In this document: piece by piece, positions 35,090 to 41,392 of the stretch
How the letters are laid out: each line of letters opens with the position of its first letter
How positions within the stretch are numbered: the first letter of the stretch is position 1
Notes under the pieces: model-generated
Told to the model about the DNA's origin: nothing
What the model saw: the letters and a program-made list of their open reading frames with translations, nothing else
Databases searched by the model: none
Translations under genes and position numbers: made by a program
Source of the DNA: a virus
Lineage: Duplodnaviria > Caudoviricetes
Strand: one strand, 5' to 3'
IMG/VR virus record: IMGVR_UViG_3300031820_000010
Coordinates: 1-41,392 of that record
Length of the DNA stretch: 41,392 nt

Positions 35090-36565
35090 CTATTCAATCG
35101 GGTTGTATTCAAGTCGCGCGAATTCAAGCTTTTCCGCGCGCCCAGGTACGTTGACGACTTTCTTTTTGACCGGCAAAGCAAAAGTGAGCGCCAAAGCATC
35201 CGCACGGTTTGGGCTCGAAAGTCCGCGAGCTCGCATCTCGTCTTTCGATTCCAAGACCACCTTGCCTTTTAAATTCGTATAGCTTTCCGGCCCGATCAAT
35301 TCTTCGCAGAGCACCGGATCATCCGGGATCGATCCGCCTTCCCGGAGCCACTGTTTCATCTCGTTCCACATCTCCGCGCGCTTGTTTAAAAATCCCTCAT
35401 TGGCCGAGGCTGAGCCAAAGGCGATCAATTGCCACTTGCGCGCCATCTGCTTGCCTGCTGAATAAACGCCCGTACCATAGGCCATGTCGATGAAAACGGC
35501 GTCGGCCTTATGTTCATCTTCAAAGCGGGCCACATATCCGGCGATCACGGTATCATCGTCATTGCGCGGATAGACGCCCAGCTTCCAAGAAGCCAGACCC
35601 TGGCGCTTGTAAATGGCGATTTCGTCGCCACCCATCCAGGCGTTGTCGAGGCCGATAATAACCGGGGCGAAGTTGTATTGCGCTTCCCCTAAAGGCCGCC
35701 CGCGCGCGGCCGCCACATATTCGCCGGGAATAAACTGCCGGTCGGAGGTGAGCGGAAACTCTCCCGTCACGCGGATTTTGAAGAAATCCGAATCCTCGCC
35801 GTAATCGGCGGCCCATTTCTTGATCTGTTCTTTATTCGAGAAGCGCACGACTCTGGCGTCGATTTGGTTGTGCTGCCAGCGGTGCTTGAGGGTATGAAAA
35901 CAGGCATGGAAGCGCCCGCTTTTGCGCGTCGGGTTGCCAAAGGCAAACCAAAGGATTTCCGTGTCTTTGTCGGTCATCGCGCCTTCCGAGACTTCCCAAA
36001 TCCGGTCATGGATTGCGGAGGCCTCATCAAAAATGAGGACGACGCGTTTATGGAGATTGTGCAGCCCGGCGAAAGCCTCCGTATTGACGAGCGACCAAGG
36101 CACCGCATCAAAGCGCCAGGTCTTCTCATGCTCTGGATCGGACGAATAGATCGAAGTGGCGGTGATCGTAAACCAGTGCTTGGCAATAAAGAGGCGGTGC
36201 CATTTGTAGAGCTCGGGCCAGGTTTTGGTGCTGAGCTGCGTGGCTGTATTAGCCGTCACGACGCCGCGGGTGTCCGGGAAAGTGGAAAGCGCCCAGAGAA
36301 TGAGCCAGGCCACCAGGGCGGATTTACCGATGCCGTGGCCGGAGGCGATCGCCTCTTGAATAGCCTGCTGGTAAGTAATAAGACCGTCGCGCACGCGGCA
36401 CAAGAGATCCCGCTGCCAGGGTTCGGGTCCCTCGAATTCGGCCAACTCGCCATGGCCCCAATCGAAGGCGAACAGAACCCAACGGTAAGGATCCTTGCTG
36501 AAGGACCCCATCGCCTGGATGAGTCCGTCTTCAATTTCTTGTTTTTGTGCGACGGCTGTCGTCAT
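35090..36565 (-). CDS. terL: Terminase large subunit
   Basis: ASGHGIGKS Walker A, LIFDEAS Walker B, FGNPTR, IIGLD, SPNRADALALTF. Confidence 0.95.
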   Translation of the reverse strand: MTTAVAQKQEIEDGLIQAMGSFSKDPYRWVLFAFDWGHGELAEFEGPEPWQRDLLCRVRDGLITYQQAIQEAIASGHGIGKSALVAWLILWALSTFPDTRGVVTANTATQLSTKTWPELYKWHRLFIAKHWFTITATSIYSSDPEHEKTWRFDAVPWSLVNTEAFAGLHNLHKRVVLIFDEASAIHDRIWEVSEGAMTDKDTEILWFAFGNPTRKSGRFHACFHTLKHRWQHNQIDARVVRFSNKEQIKKWAADYGEDSDFFKIRVTGEFPLTSDRQFIPGEYVAAARGRPLGEAQYNFAPVIIGLDNAWMGGDEIAIYKRQGLASWKLGVYPRNDDDTVIAGYVARFEDEHKADAVFIDMAYGTGVYSAGKQMARKWQLIAFGSASANEGFLNKRAEMWNEMKQWLREGGSIPDDPVLCEELIGPESYTNLKGKVVLESKDEMRARGLSSPNRADALALTFALPVKKKVVNVPGRAEKLEFARLEYNPIE

Positions 36566-37098
36566 AATCCGTCTTTGCCTACCCGTTTCCTGGCGCGCTC
36601 CAAGCGCTCAGCCAAACTCTCTGAGACATCGAGTTCAATTTTCTCGATCAAAAGTTTGTGATAGCGAGCTAGATCCTGCAATGCGCGGGGCTTGTCCCAA
36701 AGCTTGACTTTCCTGGTTACGCCGATCCGTTTACGCTCTCGGCCCAGGCCCTCGAAAATCTCATCAGCCTCTACGCTCGCCACGGTGCTCGCCATATCGT
36801 CCGACCATGCGCGCACGGCTTTAAGCGAGCCGTCGTCGCGGTAGAGCTTTCGAATATCACTTCGGCCAAGACGGCTCAGTTCCTGAAGAACTTCTCTGGC
36901 GCTCATGATCGATTTGTCTTCAAGTTTCCGAAGACCTTCTTCGATGGCCTTAGCGATTGGCGGGAAAGTCAACATGCGGCTGGCTATAGCGTCAGCGGAC
37001 TTTTTGGAGTAGCCAGCCGCGATGGCGGCCTTATGGCCTTGGCGGAACTTCAGATATTCGGAAACAAAGATTCGCTGGCGGGGGCTGAGTTCTTTCAC
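36562..37098 (-). CDS. terS: Terminase small subunit
   Basis: LSPRQRIFVSEYL...AAIAAGYSKKSA..IASRML; KVKLWDKPRALQDL. Confidence 0.92.
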   Translation of the reverse strand: MKELSPRQRIFVSEYLKFRQGHKAAIAAGYSKKSADAIASRMLTFPPIAKAIEEGLRKLEDKSIMSAREVLQELSRLGRSDIRKLYRDDGSLKAVRAWSDDMASTVASVEADEIFEGLGRERKRIGVTRKVKLWDKPRALQDLARYHKLLIEKIELDVSESLAERLERARKRVGKDGL

Positions 37099-37256
37099 GC
37101 GAGGGATAAAAAGGGGCGCCCAGCTCCTTGCGAAGCTGGGCTCTTGGGAGATGACGGACGAAAGAGAATAAGAGGTTTAGGTCGCATACATAATATGCGT
37201 GACCTCCCATCCCCTATAAAGACAGATTAAATCGGTTGAAGCCTCATTGGCAATAA

Positions 37257-37490
37257 CTATTTTTTCCCAATTCCCTCGGCCTGGCAAAGCCGGCAACGGC
37301 AAAGCTTTGAATCCCATTTAGCGAAATGCCGCTGGACGGCGAGCCACACGCGTTTGTAAGTGATTTGGAGTCGACAGGCGGTTTTTTTGACACTCATCGT
37401 CCCATCTTGCTGGATGACGGCCAGAATTTTTTGGTCCTCGTATTTCGTGGCGAGCCGAGTCGTCGAGAGGTCTCCTTCAAATCCATTCAA
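37257..37490 (-). CDS. Small HTH-like protein with C-terminal Cys cluster (possible late regulator)
   Basis: MSVKKTACRLQITYKRVW helix-turn-helix-like segment; last ORF before the terS leader. Confidence 0.5.
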   Translation of the reverse strand: MNGFEGDLSTTRLATKYEDQKILAVIQQDGTMSVKKTACRLQITYKRVWLAVQRHFAKWDSKLCRCRLCQAEGIGKK

Positions 37491-37726
37491 TGGAAGGTCG
37501 GCAGGTAGCCGTTATTAACCAGCCATTCGCGCAGATTTTTGCCGCTCTTGGCGCCGATCCAGCGGCATCCCGGACGGTGATGAAATTCTATGACCGCCAC
37601 ATGACCATCCGGGAAGCTCAGCGTCAATTCCAGCCGGCCATAGACGATCTGACAACGCGAGCATTTTGGAAGCAGCGGATCGAACCGTAAGACCGGCGGA
37701 GCGGCCGGCGGTTCACTCGTGCTCAT
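37487..37726 (-). CDS. Hypothetical protein
   Basis: Coupled ORF with CxxC and HxxxC. Confidence 0.55.
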   Translation of the reverse strand: MSTSEPPAAPPVLRFDPLLPKCSRCQIVYGRLELTLSFPDGHVAVIEFHHRPGCRWIGAKSGKNLREWLVNNGYLPTFH

Positions 37727-37934
37727 CCGTCGGAAGCTTTACGACGGTGAGCCGGGTCAAGCATTCAAGCATCTCCGCTGCATCGACGCGGTAACGCTTT
37801 TTGTCGAACGACAGGATCAGCTCGGCGCCCTCGAAGTCTTCGCATTCAAGGCTCAAAGTCGCGTCCTGCGTCTCTTCACCATCCTCGCTCAAAAGTTCAT
37901 CGGCGCGCAGTTCCGCCATTAATTTGACGCTCAT
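37713..37934 (-). CDS. Hypothetical acidic protein
   Basis: 73-aa ORF within the operon. Confidence 0.55.
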   Translation of the reverse strand: MSVKLMAELRADELLSEDGEETQDATLSLECEDFEGAELILSFDKKRYRVDAAEMLECLTRLTVVKLPTDEHE

Positions 37935-37938
37935 GGCT

Positions 37939-38280
37939 TTAGGCGCTGGCCTTCTCGTCGTCCGCCTTGAGCTGCGCAGCGGCCTTTCTGATGGCGGTCG
38001 TGTGATCGGCGATCGCTTGGAGCTGGTCCGTCAAATCCGTGGAAACGCCGGCGGCTTTCATTTTGGTGAGCAAAGCGTCAACATCGGAATCGACTTTGTT
38101 CACCGATTTCAGGAGATCCTGAATCTCGACATCCTCGTCTTTGATCGCTTGGGTCAGGTCATCTAACTGGCTCATGATTCGTTCCTCCATGATTCGTATT
38201 TTGCGAAAAAGGTCGTCCAGCAGCCTGTGAATGCAGCACTCTTGGTAGGGATCATTACGGCAAATTTCGCAGTGACTCAT
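37939..38280 (-). CDS. Coiled-coil protein
   Basis: MSQLDDLTQAIK...DQLQAI heptads; first ORF beyond attP. Confidence 0.6.
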   Translation of the reverse strand: MSHCEICRNDPYQECCIHRLLDDLFRKIRIMEERIMSQLDDLTQAIKDEDVEIQDLLKSVNKVDSDVDALLTKMKAAGVSTDLTDQLQAIADHTTAIRKAAAQLKADDEKASA

Positions 38281-38416
38281 AGACCTCGACCGGACCATAA
38301 TTGGGTCGAATTTGTTCCGCCCAATTTTCCGCCCAATTTGAGGGAATAATCGGCCATTTTAGGGAATCTACGGGAATAGCCGCTCGACGATAGACGGATT
38401 GTAGAATCGCTTTCAA

Positions 38417-38466
38417 CCTCCATGGCATGGAGGAGGTTGTGGGTTCAAGTCCCATCCGGTCCACCA
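38417..38466 (+). tRNA. 3' half of tRNA-Ala(GGC) forming the attP core (not a complete tRNA)
   Basis: Anticodon arm CCTCC-ATGGCAT-GGAGG, T arm GTGGG-TTCAAGT-CCCAT, acceptor 3' strand CCGGTCC-A-CCA (U70, A73). No 5' half upstream. Confidence 0.9.
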
Positions 38467-38484
38467 CTCTACATCGACGGTAAA

Positions 38485-38517
38485 AGCCCCTTACAGTGTT
38501 AAAAACTGTAAGGGGCT
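38485..38517. terminator. 13-bp perfect hairpin, probably a bidirectional terminator
   Basis: AGCCCCTTACAGT-N7-ACTGTAAGGGGCT, with an A run before and a T run after. Confidence 0.7.
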
Positions 38518-38562
38518 CTACTTTTTCCGCCCAATTTTCCGCCCAATTTGCTCCGCGATTGG

Positions 38563-39594
38563 TCATAGGCTATCGAGCATCTTTCCGACCTGATCCAGGG
38601 CCGGCTTTAGGCGGGCTGACTTCACGTTCGTGTAGATATCCGTTGTGGCTTGCTTCCGATGTCCAAGGGCGTCCTTAATCAGTTCCTGACTGTAGCCGAG
38701 CTCACGCAATAGATTGGCCCCTGACCTCCGCAAATCGCGCCACTGGAGGTCTGTGCAACCGGCGGCCACCCGTACGCGACTCCAGCGCTTCCGCAGATTC
38801 GTCGCATTGATCTTTTCGGTCATGACTACGGGGATGATAATGGGCTTGCCTGTTTTAGCTTGGATGAGCTTAATGGATTCCCCGGCCTCGACGCTGATCA
38901 GATCCTTCTGACGTAGCATTGTATGAATGGCCTTTCGGATGGCCTGCCAGAGCGCTTCGTCGTGATATTCGGCGCAGGCGGCCTTCAAGCGCTTTAGCTC
39001 CTCTATGGAGCATACCCTCGTTCGGTTCGCGCCTTCTTCGGAAGGTTTTTTAACGAGGACTACCGGGTTGAAATAGGGATGCGGAAGCTTCACTGGCTTC
39101 ACTGGCGCCGATAACCCGAGCTTATTCCAGTAATTGAATTTTTCGAATAGGCTGCTTAGGAATCCCTGCTCACGATTGACGCTGTTAAACTTGACGCCGA
39201 TTGCTTGGCGATCGTGCCGCCATTGCTGGATAAGCTCTACCGTGAAGGCATCGAGTGGCCGGTCCTTAAAATAGTCCTTCAGGGACTTACAAAATGATGC
39301 GGCGTTGAGTTTTGATCGACGCGAGCGGGTCGGTTCAAGCTCGTACCAGAATTTATGGAAGAGATCGGCAGCCTGGGAAAAAGGCAGGCGCCTCAACGGC
39401 TCTTGGATGCCCAGCTTGTTTAGCCGAATTGTCTCCTCCAGGGACTGTATCCAACCTTTAGCCGCGATCCGCGCTTCTTTACAGTCCCTGCCGAAATGCT
39501 TTATGTAGCGTCGCCCGTGGTGGAATATCCGGGCCTCAAGATAGCCTTTGTTTAACCGGCACTTATTGGGAAGAGGAGGCATGAAAACTTTCAT
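38563..39594 (-). CDS. int: Tyrosine integrase
   Basis: TMLRQKDL (R), QAKTG (K), WRDLRRS (HxxR variant), LGH, TTDIYT (Y); adjacent to attP. Confidence 0.92.
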   Translation of the reverse strand: MKVFMPPLPNKCRLNKGYLEARIFHHGRRYIKHFGRDCKEARIAAKGWIQSLEETIRLNKLGIQEPLRRLPFSQAADLFHKFWYELEPTRSRRSKLNAASFCKSLKDYFKDRPLDAFTVELIQQWRHDRQAIGVKFNSVNREQGFLSSLFEKFNYWNKLGLSAPVKPVKLPHPYFNPVVLVKKPSEEGANRTRVCSIEELKRLKAACAEYHDEALWQAIRKAIHTMLRQKDLISVEAGESIKLIQAKTGKPIIIPVVMTEKINATNLRKRWSRVRVAAGCTDLQWRDLRRSGANLLRELGYSQELIKDALGHRKQATTDIYTNVKSARLKPALDQVGKMLDSL

Positions 39595-39788
39595 AGTCTA
39601 ACCCTTTCGATATCCGACTCGCAAGGCGCGATGCGGGTGCTTTCAACCCAGGCATCGACCTCGTGCGGCTTGACGAGATTATTGACGTAGACAGCGAACG
39701 GAAGCTTTCCAAGACATTTCCATTTTTTAAAAGTTTGGTACGCATACCCCGTCCGCTTTGCCGCCTCCTGGAGCGTTTCCCACTGCAT
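39591..39788 (-). CDS. Excisionase-like HTH protein
   Basis: ETLQEAAKRTGYAYQTFKKWKCLGKLP...EVDAWVES; ATGA overlap with int. Confidence 0.75.
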   Translation of the reverse strand: MQWETLQEAAKRTGYAYQTFKKWKCLGKLPFAVYVNNLVKPHEVDAWVESTRIAPCESDIERVRL

Positions 39789-39894
39789 GACTTCCCCAGG
39801 AGCCGCAACCGGCTGTCTTTGGCTGCCTGTCTCAAAAGCCCTCATTTGCTCTCCGTCGGAGATACATGAGAAAGTGGCTTGTATTCCTCGGTGG

Positions 39895-40052
39895 TCATAT
39901 CGCCATTTTCATCTGGGCCAGTTCCAGGCCAATCCGTTTTTCAGCCATTGCGACGTAGGCGGGGAGCTTACGACCGTCTGCACAAACGCATCAGGCCAGG
40001 TCCTCATCATCTCAAGCGCGTCGCCCACATAAATGCGGTTCACCTCCGGCAT
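39895..40052 (-). pseudogene. Internally deleted N4/N6 (beta-class) DNA methyltransferase
   Basis: MPEVNRIYVGDALEMMRTWPDAFVQTVVSSPP (motif IV SPPY) is joined out of frame to PAYVAMAEKRIGLELAQMKMAI* (typical C-terminal helix). Only 158 nt remain. Confidence 0.85.
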
Positions 40053-40158
40053 TCTCAAAACCTCCCGCCCATCCTCCGCGCGGAGCTGTTCGCGCTCTTG
40101 GACGTGGCGGGGGAAATCCGTTGGGCAGAGGCCAGGAGCCACTCCGGCGGCCTATCAA

Positions 40159-40518
40159 TCATTCGTACCCCACGATCTTCCTCTGCGCCTCTTTGAGGCT
40201 CATGCGCCGCGCGCACACCGCTTTGTGCAGCTTATTTTCCATGCGGTCCTTGGCCCGCGCCTTATCCCAGGGCTCTGGCATCAGGTTTCTGGGGTCGGTC
40301 GGATGGCCGCACAGCTCAAGCGGGATAATGTGGTCTTCTTCAAAGTCCCTTGGGTCGGCATCCACATTCATCTTGCGGAGCTGCATTCTTTTGATCCGGT
40401 TGGTGTAGGTGGCCGGTGGCCGGCGGCTGGCCGCATAGCCCGGCGTGCAGACTTCTTGCACGGTGCAATCGGGGTCGGCCAGGCCGAGGAGGGCGGCGAA
40501 AAAAAGGAAACGCCTCAT
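40159..40518 (-). CDS. HNH-like nuclease-fold protein with hydrophobic N-terminus
   Basis: EEDHIIPLELCGHPTDPRNL...KDRMENKLHKAVC; MRRFLFFAALLG leader. Confidence 0.7.
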   Translation of the reverse strand: MRRFLFFAALLGLADPDCTVQEVCTPGYAASRRPPATYTNRIKRMQLRKMNVDADPRDFEEDHIIPLELCGHPTDPRNLMPEPWDKARAKDRMENKLHKAVCARRMSLKEAQRKIVGYE

Positions 40519-40716
40519 TCCTTCCCCAAATATTTCCCGCAACACAGGATAATCGCAAACAACAGCACGATCACTTCTCCGACGATAATGTTAATGGCAA
40601 CGATGTCCCAAATACTCACGCCCACCCCATCATCTGCGCGAAAAGCTGCCAGAATATTTCCTCGAAATTATCACAGTCGGATAAACATGTCGTGTGGATC
40701 ACTGGGTATGCGTCGA

Positions 40717-40941
40717 TCACGACTTGGATTCTTCCCACATTTCTTGATAAAGCCATGTGTGCGCGCCTATTTGGCGTACTAGTTCATAACACCGCCGCCG
40801 AACTGTGTACGACGGCAGTTCTTCTAGTGCATGTCTTTCGAACGGCTGTCGAAGAATTGTCATTATGACGGGAAGGGGTTGGCTAATTTGCATCTCCCCC
40901 GTGCAACCGTCAAGTGTCTTTAGGCGTGCTATCACTCTCAC
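40717..40941 (-). CDS. Hypothetical protein
   Basis: Coupled 74-aa ORF. Confidence 0.55.
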   Translation of the reverse strand: MRVIARLKTLDGCTGEMQISQPLPVIMTILRQPFERHALEELPSYTVRRRCYELVRQIGAHTWLYQEMWEESKS

Positions 40942-41171
40942 TTCCCCTCCCCGGCGCGGGCGCGGATGGCGTGTTCGTGATAGCAGCGATTTTCGCAGGA
41001 GCGTTCTTTGCAGGCCCCGCGCACGATCCTCGCCGCTTCCTCGTACGCTTCTCGCTCGGCAACGCGGATTTGCTCGGCAAGATACCGTTCCGTCTCTGCG
41101 ATGTCCTTTGGCTGCGGATCGTCAGGCCATAGAGAACCAACGATTCCATGGGCGCGTTCTTCCGGGGTCAC
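40938..41171 (-). CDS. Hypothetical protein (MTPEERA...EEAARI...IRARA), 77 aa
   Basis: GTG start overlaps the upstream TGA; paralogue of 25-522. Confidence 0.65.
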   Translation of the reverse strand: MTPEERAHGIVGSLWPDDPQPKDIAETERYLAEQIRVAEREAYEEAARIVRGACKERSCENRCYHEHAIRARAGEGK

Positions 41172-41392
41172 GCTTTCGAATCCTTTGCGCGGGCGCGGAT
41201 GTATTCGGCGATCAGCTCCGCTAATGCTTTTATATCGGTCGAACATGCAGCCGCCACCGTATCGGCGATCCTCGCCGCTTCCTCGTACGCTTCTCGCTCG
41301 GCAACGCGGATTTGCTCGGCAAGATACCGTTCCGTCTCTGCGATGTCCTTTGGCTGCGGATCGTCAGGCCATAGAGAACCAACGATTCCATG
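41024..41392. repeat. 242-bp tandem duplication spanning the contig junction
   Basis: 41024-41150 = 41266-41392 and 41144-41270 = 1-127; both exact matches are 127 nt. Confidence 0.9.

Larger units (their letters stand above)
38299..38550. other. attP region: core plus integrase arm-type repeats
   Basis: TTCCGCCCAATTTTCCGCCCAATTTG at 38315-38340 and 38525-38550, and an inverted degenerate copy at 38299-38310, flank the tRNA fragment next to int. Confidence 0.85.

Noticed and set aside
17701-36707. Numerous plus-strand ORFs of 60-265 aa opposite the structural genes
   Set aside because: They are antisense shadows of GC-rich coding sequence, with no recognisable motifs.
38391-38466. Complete phage-encoded tRNA gene
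   Set aside because: The acceptor 5' strand and D-arm are missing; it is an att core only.
38255-38566. 103-aa ORF with repeated NWAENWAE
   Set aside because: It is the antisense translation of the attP arm repeats and the tRNA fragment.
38710-38769. Possible self-target of the GGY-NN guide (NNx spacing) in the integrase WRDLRRS region: 9 of 20 dinucleotides match in codon phase
   Set aside because: A rough binomial estimate gives about 0.1 such hits by chance over both strands, and the match was found post hoc without an exhaustive scan. Not significant.
39789-39898. Additional internally deleted gene stubs (MTTEEYK..., also MIDRPPEW... at about 40053-40162)
   Set aside because: Short coupled ORFs are present, but no recognisable family motifs support a deletion.

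Overview
The window is an essentially complete, circular (excised-form) temperate podovirus genome of about 41.4 kb. Its BPP-1/epsilon15-like head-tail module (terS, terL, portal, scaffold, capsid, cement, tail tubes A/B, internal virion proteins, tail fibre, M15 endolysin) is on the minus strand. The early operon is also on the minus strand and carries Sak4-like ATPase, SSB-like, DUF3987 replication protein, VRR-NUC and many micro-ORFs. A short plus-strand immunity/moron island lies at about 10.8-13.6 kb, and xis-int sits next to an intact attP made of the 3' half of tRNA-Ala(GGC). The best candidate for a novel system is at 3224-3895: a stand-alone RAMP/Cas7-like gene directly preceded by a non-coding array of 20 phased GGY-NN pentamers, with no CRISPR array or other cas genes. 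This suggests a minimal RNA-guided module whose variable dinucleotides form the guide. Other notable features are two different DNA methyltransferase genes reduced to fused N- and C-terminal stubs, a 36-unit hexamer repeat gene (Ser-Trp/Arg/Gly, with a perfect poly-Gly-Arg alternative frame), a Tad1-like anti-defence protein, a 242-bp tandem duplication creating a chimeric gene at the contig ends, and two identical 21-bp palindromes bracketing an accessory cassette. All family assignments come from motif recognition by eye; no database searches were run.
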